Positions 20,954 to 31,151 of a DNA stretch of 64,000 nucleotides are shown piece after piece; the stretch's first letter is position 1; the number at the start of each line of letters is the position of its first letter. The DNA is from an uncultured Candidatus Binatia bacterium (GTDB lineage: Bacteria > Desulfobacterota > Binatia > UBA9968 > JAJDTQ01). The stretch covers positions 1,728,001 through 1,792,000 of the forward strand of contig OZ243916.1 of NCBI GenBank assembly GCA_965213675.1, given 5' to 3'. The notes beneath the pieces were generated by a model, which did not search any database, was not told the origin of the DNA, and was given only the letters and a program-made list of their open reading frames with translations. Both the position numbers and the translations under genes were made by a program.

Positions 20954-22309
20954 TCAGCCGATGTAGTCGTCCAGCCGCACCCGTTGGCGCACCGCGCCGG
21001 GAACGGCCAGCCGCTTGGGAAAGTCCTTTCGCTTCTTGGTGGCGTCGATGACCATCTTGGCGGTCATGCCCCCTTCCCCGCTGGAAGGGTCGGTCTCGGA
21101 ACCTTGGCAACGAGGGATGACGAGGGTGTCGGTGTCGGCCTGCACGCGGTTGGCCACCGCCCACATCACGTCGCGGTCGTTGTACACATCCACGTCGCCA
21201 TCGACGACGATGACGAGCTTGAGATACAGATCCGTGGCCATGGCTGCCATCACCGCGTTGCGCACCTCGCCGTCGCTGCGCTTGTCCAGGGCGATGTAGC
21301 AGTGGAAGCGGCAACAGCCCGACGGCGGCATGTGCACGGCGCGGGTGCCCGCGGCCACCGCCTTCACCGCCCGGAAGATCGCGGCCTCGCGCGGGATGGA
21401 ACCCATCAGGCGCTGCTCCGAGTGTCCCGTGAAGATGTCCTGGTAGAGCGGCTGCTGGCGCAGGGCGATGCCGGTGATCTCGGCCACGTGGTTGCGGCGC
21501 ACCCCCACCGCATGGCCGGTGAACTCGCCGAACGGCCCCTCCTCCTCGCGCACGTCGGGCAGGATGCGCCCCTCCAGCACCATCTCCGCGTGAGCCGGGA
21601 CATCCAGGGGCACGGTCTCACACGACACCAGCGGCACCGGATGCTCCATCATGCCGCCGATGACATCGTACTCGTCCACGTCGAAGGACGCCAGCGACAG
21701 CGCGCCGATGGCGAAGGCCGGATGCACGCCGATGATGAAGGCGATGTCCAGTGGCTCGCCCCGCTCCTCGGCGTTGCGCTGGCAGCGGCGCAGGTGCATG
21801 CCCGGGGCGAGGTGCAGGCGCAGGCGGTTCCGCTCGACCATCATGGCGCGGTTGAAGCTCAGGTTGCGCACCCCGCTCACGGGATCCCTGGCCACCACGA
21901 TGCCCGCGGTGACGTAGGGCGCGGTGCTGATGTCGAAATGGGTCAGCAGCGGGATCTCGCCCAGATCGACGTCCGCCCCGGCGCGCACCACTTCCTTCAC
22001 CGGACCGTCCGCCACCAGCTCCGGCGGGATCGGACTGGCTTCGCGCCGGCGGTACTCTTCCACCAGGTCGGCGGCGTCCACGTCCAGAGCCATGGCCAGG
22101 CGCCGGCGGGTGGCGTGCAGGTTGGTGATGACGGGCATGGAGAAGCCCTCGACCTCGTGCACATACAGCGCCGGGAACCGGCCCGATGACTCCAATTCCA
22201 TGAGCAGGCTGGTGACGTCGTGCTCCGGCCGCACGGGCTTGCGGATGTGCAGCAGTTCGTCAGGGCCTTCCCCTTCCAGCCGGTCCATGAACGACCGCAG
22301 GTCCTTCAT
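20954..22309 (-). CDS. UbiD family prFMN-dependent (de)carboxylase
   Basis: MKDLRSFM, PVITNL, PYVTAG, VPAHAEMVLEG, EEGPFGEFTGH, VIVVDGDVD, KMVIDAT. Confidence 0.92.
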   Translation of the reverse strand: MKDLRSFMDRLEGEGPDELLHIRKPVRPEHDVTSLLMELESSGRFPALYVHEVEGFSMPVITNLHATRRRLAMALDVDAADLVEEYRRREASPIPPELVADGPVKEVVRAGADVDLGEIPLLTHFDISTAPYVTAGIVVARDPVSGVRNLSFNRAMMVERNRLRLHLAPGMHLRRCQRNAEERGEPLDIAFIIGVHPAFAIGALSLASFDVDEYDVIGGMMEHPVPLVSCETVPLDVPAHAEMVLEGRILPDVREEEGPFGEFTGHAVGVRRNHVAEITGIALRQQPLYQDIFTGHSEQRLMGSIPREAAIFRAVKAVAAGTRAVHMPPSGCCRFHCYIALDKRSDGEVRNAVMAAMATDLYLKLVIVVDGDVDVYNDRDVMWAVANRVQADTDTLVIPRCQGSETDPSSGEGGMTAKMVIDATKKRKDFPKRLAVPGAVRQRVRLDDYIG

Positions 22310-22384
22310 ACGTGGTCTCCGTTGTCGCGGCGGCGCGGTCCGCGCGCGACGCCGTTCAGTCCGTGCCGTGGCCGCGTCACGATG

Positions 22385-23386
22385 TCAGTTCGATCCGAAC
22401 AAGCGCTCGGCGTTGCCGCCGAGGATCTTTTCCTTGTCCGCCGGCTCCAGGCGAATCTTGTCGATGATCTCCAGCGGCCTCGGGTCGCCGATGCCGAAGG
22501 GGCAGTCGCTGCCCAACAGCACGTGGTCGGCGCCCGCCTCGGCGATCAGGAACGCCAGCACGTCGGGCTCGAACACGATGGTATCGTAGTAGAACCATCG
22601 CAGCACGTCGCGGCCCATGAGCGCGGTGGCCTTCTGGATTTCCGGTTGGATCTCGCGGCCCCGGGTCATGCGCCCGAACTGGTACGGCAGGAAGCCGCCG
22701 CCGTGGCAAAGGATGATCTTGAGGTCCGGGAAGCGGTCGAGCACGCCACTGAAGTAGAGACAGGCCACGCTCACCGTGGTATCGGCCAGGAGGCCCACCA
22801 CGTGGGTGAGGAAATACTTGCCCAGACGCTCGATGCCCAACGGATTCAGCGGGTGGATGATGAGCGGCACGCGCAGGCGCTCGGCGGTCTTCCAGAATGG
22901 ATCCAGCCCCGGGTCATCCAGGTTCGCGCCGTCGATGTTGGAGCCGATCATGGCGCCCGTGAGACCGCACTCGGTGACCGCGAACTCGAGCTCCTCGGCG
23001 GCGCGGGCGCCGTCCTGGAGAGGCACGGTGGCGGTGCCGCGAAACAGGCCGTCCGGGTCTCCGTCGGCCAAGGCCTCGCGCATGGACTCGTTCAGCATGC
23101 GGCTCCATTGGACCGCCTTGTCCACCGGAAGCATATAGCCCACGATGTCCATCCACGCCGACAGGATCTGCCGGTCCAGGCGCGTTTCCCGCACGGTGTC
23201 GATGCGCCTGGGCAGGTCGGTGGCGGGCGCCAGGATGGGACGGGCCAGTGGCCGGCCCTCGCCCAGCCGCAGGCGCGGCCCCTGCGGCGTCTCCTCCCCC
23301 ACCTCCACCCCGAAGGACGAACCGTCCTTGCGCAAACGCTCCAGCGCGGCCGGCGGTACATAGTGAGCGTGACAGTCGATGTTCAT
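22385..23386 (-). CDS. Amidohydrolase_2 family protein (ACMSD/LigW-like decarboxylase or hydrolase)
   Basis: IDCHAH, IIHP, LCHGGGFLPY, YYDTIV, LLGSDCPF. Confidence 0.9.
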   Translation of the reverse strand: MNIDCHAHYVPPAALERLRKDGSSFGVEVGEETPQGPRLRLGEGRPLARPILAPATDLPRRIDTVRETRLDRQILSAWMDIVGYMLPVDKAVQWSRMLNESMREALADGDPDGLFRGTATVPLQDGARAAEELEFAVTECGLTGAMIGSNIDGANLDDPGLDPFWKTAERLRVPLIIHPLNPLGIERLGKYFLTHVVGLLADTTVSVACLYFSGVLDRFPDLKIILCHGGGFLPYQFGRMTRGREIQPEIQKATALMGRDVLRWFYYDTIVFEPDVLAFLIAEAGADHVLLGSDCPFGIGDPRPLEIIDKIRLEPADKEKILGGNAERLFGSN

Positions 23387-23757
23387 GGTGTGCAACCTCA
23401 ATGATGTCCGACCGGCTTCGAGAGAAGCCGCAACGCGGACGATCGCTCCTTCAGAAAATCAGTCCAGGTCCGGGATGCTCGGCCACGAAGTGCTTCCTCC
23501 TCCAACGCGAAAAACCGAATATCTCCGTTTGCACCCGCTGCGTCAACCGCGCGCACCGCATGGCAAACCAACCGCCCCGCTCCGCCCCGGGTCCCCGGCT
23601 CTCGCGGGAATCCTTCACGCCGGTCTGCCGTCCACGCAAGGGGTCGGCGGTACGGGCCAGGACAGCCAACTCCGAGTTGCGGCAGGCACGGGTATTGGCT
23701 ACGTTCGAAAGCGAAAACACGGACACGCGTCTTCCGCCGGACGGGAGGTCCGGACAC

Positions 23758-23841
23758 GTGAAGATCGGAATCGGGTTGCCATTCAACACCCCCAGCGATA
23801 GTTGGCCGGCCATCTTGCGTCGGACCCGTACGAGCGCCTGA
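23758..23841 (+). pseudogene. Possible N-terminal remnant of an LLM-class (luciferase-like) oxidoreductase
   Basis: GGAGG RBS, then GTG-KIGIGLPFNTP...WPAILRR and an early stop; resembles LLM-family N-termini (MKIGIGLP). Confidence 0.35.
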
Positions 23842-23891
23842 CCGACGTGGTGGTCCAGTGTAACCCGTTGCAACCCGTATCAGGAGCAGTG

Positions 23892-24800
23892 ATGGCAGCA
23901 AGCGGACTCGTCCCCCAAGGACATGGGGTTTTTCTGGACCACGTGGGCCTCTTCGTTCCCGACTTCGACGCTTCCCCGCGCCGGCTCGAGGCGCTGGGTT
24001 TTTCCCTGACGCCTTTCGTGGCGCACATGGCAAGCACCGAACCGGGCGCGGCGGCGACGCCCAGCGGCACTGGCAACCAGTGCGCCATCTTCCGCCAGGG
24101 GTACCTGGAAATGCTTGGCCCCACCGCGGACACGCCGCTGTCGCGCCAACTTCGCGCCCAGCTCGACCGCTATCCCGGTTGGCACCTGATCGCGTTCGCC
24201 GCCAACCATCCCGAGGAAAACCACGAGCGCATCGGGCGGGACGGTTTTCGTCCGCTGCCGCTGGTGCGCCTGGCGCGTCCCGTGCCCACGGACATCGGCG
24301 AGGAGACTTGCCGCTTCTCGGTCATTCGGGTGCCGCCGGAGGTCATGCCCGAGGGACGCATCCAGATCGTCACCCACCACACCCCGGAGCTGGTGTGGCA
24401 GCCTCGCTACCAGCACCAGCCCAACGGCGTGGTGGGGTTGACGGGGGTGCTGGTGTGCGTGGACGACCCGCGGGCGACGGCCGAGCGCTTCTGCCGCTTC
24501 GCGGGTGTCCAGGCGCTGGAAGGCGCAGGCACGTGGGAGATGGGGCTCCAGGAAGGGCGCGTCTCGTTCATCGACGGCGGGCGCTTCCGCCAGCGGTACC
24601 CCGGCCGCGACCTCCCGTGCATGCCGTACATCGCGGAGGTGTCCATGCGCACGGACGATCTGGCGGCCACGCGGCGTTACTTCGATCAGGCCGGCATCCA
24701 TTACCAGACCGTGGGCCACGACGCCGTGCGGGTACCCGGAGCCGAGGCCCTGGGCGCGTCCTTTCTTTTCCATGAGTCGCCTGCGGGAGGCCTTCCTTGA
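23892..24800 (+). CDS. VOC/glyoxalase-like family protein
   Basis: [41 protein letters not shown]; AGGAG RBS. Confidence 0.82.
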   Translation: MAASGLVPQGHGVFLDHVGLFVPDFDASPRRLEALGFSLTPFVAHMASTEPGAAATPSGTGNQCAIFRQGYLEMLGPTADTPLSRQLRAQLDRYPGWHLIAFAANHPEENHERIGRDGFRPLPLVRLARPVPTDIGEETCRFSVIRVPPEVMPEGRIQIVTHHTPELVWQPRYQHQPNGVVGLTGVLVCVDDPRATAERFCRFAGVQALEGAGTWEMGLQEGRVSFIDGGRFRQRYPGRDLPCMPYIAEVSMRTDDLAATRRYFDQAGIHYQTVGHDAVRVPGAEALGASFLFHESPAGGLP

Positions 24801-26164
24801 TGGCGGACGCACGCTACGATTACGATCTCTTCACCATCGGCGCGGGCTCGGGGGGCGTGCGCGCCAGCCGCATGGCGGCCGGCTACGGCGCCCGGGTGGC
24901 GGTGGCGGAAGAACGCTACCTGGGAGGCACGTGCGTCAACGTCGGCTGCATCCCCAAGAAGCTCCTGGTCTACGGCTCCCACTTTGCCGACGACTTCGAG
25001 GACGCCGCGGGCTTCGGCTGGAGCGTGGGCGAACGCAGCTTCGACTGGCCGGCGCTGATCCGCAACAAGGACCAGGAGATCGCGCGCCTCAACTCCGTCT
25101 ACCGCAACCTGCTGCAGAACAGCGGCGTCGAGGTGTTCGAGTCGCGCGCGCGGGTGCTGGACGCGCACACCGTGGAGGTGGCCGGACGCAAGATCACGGC
25201 CACCCACATCCTCGTGGCCACCGGCGGCTGGCCCACCGTCCCCGACGTGCCCGGCAAGGAACACGCCATCACCTCCAACGAGGCGTTTCACCTGCCGGAG
25301 ATGCCCCGGCGCATCGTCATCGTGGGCGGCGGCTACATCGCGGTGGAATTCGCCGGCATCTTCCACGGGCTGGGCGTCGAGGTCATCCAGCTCTACCGCG
25401 GAGCGCTGTTCATGCGCGGCTTCGACATCGACGTGCGCAAGACCCTGGCTGGCGAGATGCGCAAGAAGGGCATCGACCTGCGCTTCGAAGCCGATATCGC
25501 CGCCATTGAACGGAACGGCGGAACGCTGGCGGCGACCTTGAAGGACGGCCAGACCCTCGCCACCGACGCGGTCATGTTCGCTACCGGCCGACTGCCGAAT
25601 ACACGCGGATTGGGGTTGGAGGCGGCCGGCGTGGAGTTGGCGCGCAACGGCGCGGTGGTAGTGAACGAGGACTATCAGACGAGCCTCCCCTCCATCCACG
25701 CCCTGGGCGACGTCACGGATCGGGTCCTGCTCACGCCGGTGGCCATCGCCGAGGCCATGATCTTGTCCCGGAAGCTGTTCAAGGGCGACGCCGGCGCCAT
25801 GGACTACCGGAACATTCCCTCCGCGGTCTTCAGCCAGCCGCCCGTAGGCACGGTGGGATGCACCGAGGAGGCCGCGCGCCAGCGCTACGGTGAACTGGAC
25901 ATCTACCGTTCCGCCTTCCGGCCCCTCAAGCACACCCTTTCCGGGCGCGATGAGAAGACCATGATGAAGCTCGTGGTCGAGCGCGCCAGCGACCGGGTGG
26001 TGGGCTGCCACATGGTAGGCGCCGACGCCGGCGAGATCATTCAGGGACTGGCCGTGGCCCTCACCTGCAACGCCACCAAGGCCGACTTCGACCGCACCAT
26101 CGGCATTCACCCCACCGCCGCGGAAGAGTTCGTCACCATGCGCGAGCCGGTGGCGGACGGGTAA
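24800..26164 (+). CDS. gor: Glutathione-disulfide reductase
   Basis: [22 protein letters not shown] redox disulfide, [31 protein letters not shown]. Confidence 0.95.
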   Translation: MADARYDYDLFTIGAGSGGVRASRMAAGYGARVAVAEERYLGGTCVNVGCIPKKLLVYGSHFADDFEDAAGFGWSVGERSFDWPALIRNKDQEIARLNSVYRNLLQNSGVEVFESRARVLDAHTVEVAGRKITATHILVATGGWPTVPDVPGKEHAITSNEAFHLPEMPRRIVIVGGGYIAVEFAGIFHGLGVEVIQLYRGALFMRGFDIDVRKTLAGEMRKKGIDLRFEADIAAIERNGGTLAATLKDGQTLATDAVMFATGRLPNTRGLGLEAAGVELARNGAVVVNEDYQTSLPSIHALGDVTDRVLLTPVAIAEAMILSRKLFKGDAGAMDYRNIPSAVFSQPPVGTVGCTEEAARQRYGELDIYRSAFRPLKHTLSGRDEKTMMKLVVERASDRVVGCHMVGADAGEIIQGLAVALTCNATKADFDRTIGIHPTAAEEFVTMREPVADG

Positions 26165-26249
26165 CCTCGCCCCGGGCGATTGCGGTCGAATCACCGTCCC
26201 CCGCTTTCGCGTTACGGGACACGACACGAGTTTGTGGAAAGCAACGAAG

Positions 26250-26591
26250 ATGCGGCGAATTGTCTTGACGTTGGCGGTGTTTGCCGCGCTGGCGTTGACC
26301 AGCGCGTGCGGCAAGGATGAAGGAACCGAGGAAGTGAAGGGACCGGACCCGGCCCGAGGGAGGCGGATTTACATCGCGACCTGCATCTTGTGCCACAATG
26401 TCGATCCGAGCAAACCCGGCTCCCAGGGTCCGGCCGTCAAGGGTTCGTCAGTGGAGCTGCTGGAGGCCAAGGTCCTGCGTAAGACCTATCCGCCGGGCTA
26501 CAAGCCCCAACGAACCACCCGCGCCATGCCCACCTACCCTCAGGTAAGGAAGAGAATTCCCGATATCGCTGCCTTTCTGGCGCAGCCGTAA
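26250..26591 (+). CDS. Monoheme c-type cytochrome lipoprotein
   Basis: Signal peptide with lipobox LTSA-C; heme motif CILCH; candidate distal Met in AMP. Confidence 0.85.
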   Translation: MRRIVLTLAVFAALALTSACGKDEGTEEVKGPDPARGRRIYIATCILCHNVDPSKPGSQGPAVKGSSVELLEAKVLRKTYPPGYKPQRTTRAMPTYPQVRKRIPDIAAFLAQP

Positions 26592-26595
26592 TCGC

Positions 26596-27294
26596 CTACG
26601 CGATCTCCAGTAGGATCCAGAAAATCACGGTGAGGATGAAGCCGCTCCAGAGCACGCCCGGGATCGACGTGAGGAGCTTCTTGGTGCCTCCCCCGGCATC
26701 GCCCACCAGCGCGTTCAACTCGACGACGGCGATGATCGCAAGGCTGACGATCCAGAAGACTGCGGCGCCGCCGCCGGTTTCCCCGTGCGGATAGTGGCTC
26801 GCCGCACCCATCAGGAACAGCATGGGGATGGAGAACAGGGTGTTGGTGCGCGAAGCAAACCCGGCCCACTGGCCCTTGCTGGCCGCGTCCGGAAGCGCCG
26901 ATCCTCCTCCGGCCACCTGGTTGGCGGAGGCGATGACCACCTGCTGGTTGGGCCAGATCACCAGCCACACGTTGAGGAACATGAGCGTGCCCATGGTGCC
27001 GCCGATGGTGATGGTCATGCCGTAACCCGACGAGAAGAAGTCCCCCCCGAGCTGCGCCCATTTGATGATGTACATGAGGATACCTGCCAGAAACGTGAAC
27101 ATGGCGCCCCAGCGGAACCACCAGAGAGCGCGCGGCACGAGCTTCTGGATGGCGCCGGTGCGGGTCGAAGCCTCGGTCTCGGCGAAGAACGGTGTCTGTA
27201 CGAAGTTGAAATAGTAGAGCAGGCCGATCCAGGTCACACCCGCCAGGAAATGCACCCAGCGCAGCAGAAATTGAACGAGCTCCATCGTGTCCAT
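26596..27294 (-). CDS. Urate_ox_N / PuuD N-terminal-like membrane protein (no fused cytochrome)
   Basis: LLRWVHFLAGVTWIGLLYYFNF, ALWWFRW, MFLNVWLVIWPNQ, SRTNTLFSIPML-x2-M...HYP. Confidence 0.85.
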   Translation of the reverse strand: MDTMELVQFLLRWVHFLAGVTWIGLLYYFNFVQTPFFAETEASTRTGAIQKLVPRALWWFRWGAMFTFLAGILMYIIKWAQLGGDFFSSGYGMTITIGGTMGTLMFLNVWLVIWPNQQVVIASANQVAGGGSALPDAASKGQWAGFASRTNTLFSIPMLFLMGAASHYPHGETGGGAAVFWIVSLAIIAVVELNALVGDAGGGTKKLLTSIPGVLWSGFILTVIFWILLEIA

Positions 27295-27352
27295 CAAGCG
27301 CCTCCTGTTTGCTGGTTCTCGCTACCGCTTCTCGGAAGAATAATCAGTTCTC

Positions 27353-27382
27353 AGTATAGGCTCTAATGGGCCGGACCGTCAA
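27353..27382 (-). promoter_or_regulatory. Sigma70-like promoter for the PuuD-like gene
   Basis: Minus strand TTGACG-N18-TATACT upstream of the AGGAGG RBS. Confidence 0.55.
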
Positions 27383-27422
27383 CGAAAAGAGCCCGAGGCT
27401 CGCCGCGCGTTCCCCGTTCCAG

Positions 27423-29669
27423 TCAATTATCGGCAAAGAAGGGGCGAAACTTCTCGTAGAGGTCGCGCAGCCGCGCCTTGTAGTAGTCCACATTCTCGTC
27501 GGGGTGCTCGGGGTCCCATTCCGACACGTAGCGGCAGTTCTCGTTGACCGTAACGCCGGCGCCCTCGCCGGAGACATAGTAGGAGACCTGGTCCCCCGCC
27601 AGGTAACGGCGGTCCGAACGCAGCGCCACCTCATAGGCGCCGCGGGGGTGCTGTTTCCCGCCCTTGACCTTCATCTGGTACTCGTCCAGGGAGTCCCGCA
27701 GGGTTTCGGTGCGCTTCAGGAGAGACAGATCGAGGCGGTGGTGGGTCAGAGCCTCGCGGTAGTGCTCGTAAAGCGCCGGTATCTCGCCCTTCCGCCCGTC
27801 CATGAGCAGCCGGAGCATCTCTTCCAGCCACTTGCGCCGGTAACGCTCGAGGCCGCGGGAGTTGAACCGCGGGCCGTTCAGGGACAGCTCCCCCTTGTCA
27901 TCGAGCAGCGCATGTTCCCCGGCGCCGCAACAGAACATCGCCCGATAGCGCGCGAGGGGCAGGTTCAGCCCCCAGGGCAACGCCGCGGCCACCGCCGCAT
28001 TCACCATCGCTTCTTCCGCGGGACGCTCCATGATGTCCGCGGGAGGCACGAAATAAATGCCGCCGGACTCCATCGTGAGCACCCCGGCGCCGCGCGACTC
28101 CAGGCTTTCCGCCAGACGGCGCACGTGCTCGCACCCGGCGCGAGTCACATGGTCCGCGGCTTCGGGGTCGTTGAAGTGGACCGCGGACGCGGCCAGGTAT
28201 CGGTGCAGCGACTCCACGCACACGGCGAACGCCGCGCGCGCCGTGGCCATGAAGCGGGAAGCGTCCCGCTCCGGTGCGGCGTCGGCCACGAGCCCGGCCC
28301 CGTCCCGCAGGTCCTGGAACCCGCGCACCAATGCCGGGAAGACCTCGAGATCATCTGATCGAGGCCGGCAACGGCCGTGGCGCATGACCGCGGCATAGAC
28401 CGGGTCGAGTTCACAGTGAAGCACGCGCCGTGACACGCCCGCGACCCTCGATTCCGCCACCTTCCCGCTCACCCGCGCCGGGTTCGCCGGAACGGGCACG
28501 GAATGCCGCCGGGCATGGTATTCCCGGAGCATGAGCCGGTCGATGGCGGTGACATCGTCCATCAGCGGCGTGTCCTGGTAGCGGCACGGGAGGATACGCG
28601 CCTGGAGGAAGTAGCCCGGCGAAAGCACCGCGGAGATGGCGCGGGTTTCCCGCACGTCGTCGAGGGCGTAGCGGAAGAGCGTGTCCGGATCGTGGTCGAA
28701 GTACCAGTTCGCTTCGGCCCCATGTATGTACGTGCGCTCCGGCGCGGCCACGCCGAAGTGGCGCGCCACATCCTTCAGGCCGTTGCGCTGGAGCGCGCGG
28801 TCAGCGCGGCTGTAGCGTTGCGCCAGGAACCACGTATCGATGACGTGGCGCCCGTGGATCGCGTAGTTGGGAAACGGAATCACGCGGTCGTCCGCCTGGA
28901 AGCGCTCGGAACGCCGGCGTGGCGCGCTGCCATCCCGGCCCAGCGCGAGGCTGACACCGTACCGCCGGGCGCGCTCCTCCACATAAGGAAGGTCGAAGCG
29001 GAAGAAGTTGTGTCCCTCGATCACGTCCGGGTCCCGGCGGCGCACCTCCCGGACCATCTCCACCAGCATCGTTCCCTCGTCATGGTCCCTGCCCGACAGC
29101 AACCGCTCCCAGCCACTGCTGTCGGACATGGCGATGGCCGTGATGCGGTCCCCTTCGCGTCGCGCATTGGGGAACTCGAAGTCGGTGGTGCGGTACACCT
29201 CGAGGTCCACCTGCATGCGCAGGAGGCGGTCGAAGCGCATGCCCTTGAAGTGCGTCGTGCCGGACCCCACAAGATATTGCTGGACGGGGTCGCGCACCTG
29301 AAGGAACGGCAACCCGGGAGCGCCCTGACCCCTTCCGCTCTTGCGCAGAAGCCACGCTCGGGCGGATTCCAGGCTGTCCAAATCCGGGAAAAACGCCAGC
29401 CGCCGGAACCTGTGGGTCCCCGCGAGCGGCTCGATGCGGCATTCGCCCTTCCACCCCGCGAGCCGGTCCTCGGAGGTCAGCCAGAAGAATGGCTCGAACG
29501 GCACGGTGGTGGAGGAAACGGTGGTCGAAGAGTCGGGTGAAGGCTCCCTGGCGTAGATGCGGACCTGGCGCGGTCCCTCCAGCTCCACGGCCGTGACGGA
29601 AGGGGTGGCGTCACGGCCGAACAGGATCTGGGCGTCCGTGGGGATGTCCGTAGGGGTTGAAGCACACAT
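27423..29669 (-). CDS. Family-B DNA polymerase homolog: 3'-5' exonuclease motifs intact, polymerase motifs degenerate
   Basis: ExoI VDLEVY, ExoII GHNFFRFDLPY, ExoIII YALDDV. Palm motifs read HCELDPVYA, AVCVESLHRYL and MESGGIYF. Start codon uncertain. Confidence 0.85.
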   Translation of the reverse strand: MCASTPTDIPTDAQILFGRDATPSVTAVELEGPRQVRIYAREPSPDSSTTVSSTTVPFEPFFWLTSEDRLAGWKGECRIEPLAGTHRFRRLAFFPDLDSLESARAWLLRKSGRGQGAPGLPFLQVRDPVQQYLVGSGTTHFKGMRFDRLLRMQVDLEVYRTTDFEFPNARREGDRITAIAMSDSSGWERLLSGRDHDEGTMLVEMVREVRRRDPDVIEGHNFFRFDLPYVEERARRYGVSLALGRDGSAPRRRSERFQADDRVIPFPNYAIHGRHVIDTWFLAQRYSRADRALQRNGLKDVARHFGVAAPERTYIHGAEANWYFDHDPDTLFRYALDDVRETRAISAVLSPGYFLQARILPCRYQDTPLMDDVTAIDRLMLREYHARRHSVPVPANPARVSGKVAESRVAGVSRRVLHCELDPVYAAVMRHGRCRPRSDDLEVFPALVRGFQDLRDGAGLVADAAPERDASRFMATARAAFAVCVESLHRYLAASAVHFNDPEAADHVTRAGCEHVRRLAESLESRGAGVLTMESGGIYFVPPADIMERPAEEAMVNAAVAAALPWGLNLPLARYRAMFCCGAGEHALLDDKGELSLNGPRFNSRGLERYRRKWLEEMLRLLMDGRKGEIPALYEHYREALTHHRLDLSLLKRTETLRDSLDEYQMKVKGGKQHPRGAYEVALRSDRRYLAGDQVSYYVSGEGAGVTVNENCRYVSEWDPEHPDENVDYYKARLRDLYEKFRPFFADN

Positions 29670-29888
29670 GGTGGAGAGGCAGGTGGAACATCCTCCAGCG
29701 CAACACGGCCTCCGACTTCCGGTGCCGTATCGCGGACGTTTCTGTAACGGATTGCGCAGGAACTCTTGTTTTCGGCCAAGCGCCATGCCCTTCACGGGCG
29801 ACTTCCGTGCGAATCGGCAGCGTGGGGTAGTCCTGGAGACCAGGGACGTGACTGGTACAGCGTTGAACAGATGTGGTACACACCATAC

Positions 29889-30683
29889 ATGGACTCCGAC
29901 GCCGTGTCACCCGTCTCGCACATCCGCCGGCCCAATCTGCGGCAGCCGTTCCTGATCCTGTCGTTCTCCGGCTGGAGCGACGCCGGGTCGTCGGCCACTT
30001 CCGCCGTGCGATACCTTGTCGAGCAACTGCTGGCCACGGAGTTGGCCAAGATCGATCCCGAAGATTACTACGACTTCTCGGTTCACCGTCCCCAGGTGCG
30101 GCTGGTGGAGGGGCAACGGGAGATCGAGTGGCCTTCGTTCGATTTCCACTACTACAGGACCGGCGGCGAACTGGAGCGGGACTTCATCTTCGCCACCGGC
30201 GCCGAGCCGCACCTGCACTGGAAGGCCTTCGCCCGCACCATCATGGAACTCGCCCACGGCTGGAACGTGGCGCGCGTCATTACCATCGGGGCGCTTCTCG
30301 ACGAGGTCCTGTACACCAAGCCGGTGCCTCTCAACGGATTCTCATCGGACCCGGTGCTGATGAAGGAACTGGACTTCTCGCCGTCACGCTACCAGGGGCC
30401 CACCGGCATCGTGGGGATCCTCGGCGACACGTTCCGCAAGGCAGGCATGCCGCACGTGAGCCTGTGGGCGGCGTTGCCCCACTACCTGGCGCCGTCTCCC
30501 AACCCGCGCGGGACCCTGGCGCTGGTGCTGCGGCTGACCCAGTGGCTCGGCATCCGTATCGATACCGGTCCGCTGGAACGCGCCGCCGGCGAATTTCAGA
30601 ACAAGGTGAACGACGCGATCAACAATGACCCGAACCTGTCGGCTCTCATCCGGGAGCTTCAGAAACACGAGTTCGAGCAATAA
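29889..30683 (+). CDS. PAC2 family protein
   Basis: FSGWSDAG..A..AV.YL, DPEDYYDF...RPQV, GAEPHLHW, YQGPTGIVG, LWAALPHY...PNPRG. Confidence 0.88.
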   Translation: MDSDAVSPVSHIRRPNLRQPFLILSFSGWSDAGSSATSAVRYLVEQLLATELAKIDPEDYYDFSVHRPQVRLVEGQREIEWPSFDFHYYRTGGELERDFIFATGAEPHLHWKAFARTIMELAHGWNVARVITIGALLDEVLYTKPVPLNGFSSDPVLMKELDFSPSRYQGPTGIVGILGDTFRKAGMPHVSLWAALPHYLAPSPNPRGTLALVLRLTQWLGIRIDTGPLERAAGEFQNKVNDAINNDPNLSALIRELQKHEFEQ

Positions 30684-30697
30684 CGGAGGAAAACCCC

Positions 30698-31138
30698 ATG
30701 CGCAGACACCCGTGGTTGTACGTCCTGGCGGCCGGAGCCCTTCTCATGACCGCTGCGAACGCGTTTTCGGCCGGCCCTTTTGACAAGACCATCGACGCGC
30801 GCAAGCAACTGATGCGGGACATCAGCGAGTTCAGCAAGCAGATGCGCGGGGCCACGGACGCGGCCGCAGTGGCCGACTACGCCGAAATACTCGCCGGAGC
30901 CATGGCCAAAATCAACGAGGAGACTTTCCCCAAGGGCAGTGCGGCCGGCTCGCGCGCGAAGCCCGAAATCTGGGAGAAATGGGACGAGTTCACGGCCGCG
31001 GCCAGCAACGCCGTCACCTTGGCGCAGGATATCGCCACCAAGGCGCGCGCCGGGGAGAACACCGCCGAACTGGTCAAGGGCTACGGCCGAAGCGCCTGCG
31101 GAAGCTGCCATCGCCCCTTCCGCGCACCCAAGAGCTGA
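30698..31138 (+). CDS. Cytochrome c' / class II cytochrome c
   Basis: Sec signal peptide; R..LM near the N-terminus; SRAKPEIWEKWDEF; C-terminal CGSCHRPFR. Confidence 0.9.
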   Translation: MRRHPWLYVLAAGALLMTAANAFSAGPFDKTIDARKQLMRDISEFSKQMRGATDAAAVADYAEILAGAMAKINEETFPKGSAAGSRAKPEIWEKWDEFTAAASNAVTLAQDIATKARAGENTAELVKGYGRSACGSCHRPFRAPKS

Positions 31139-31151
31139 CGCCCGAGCCCCC

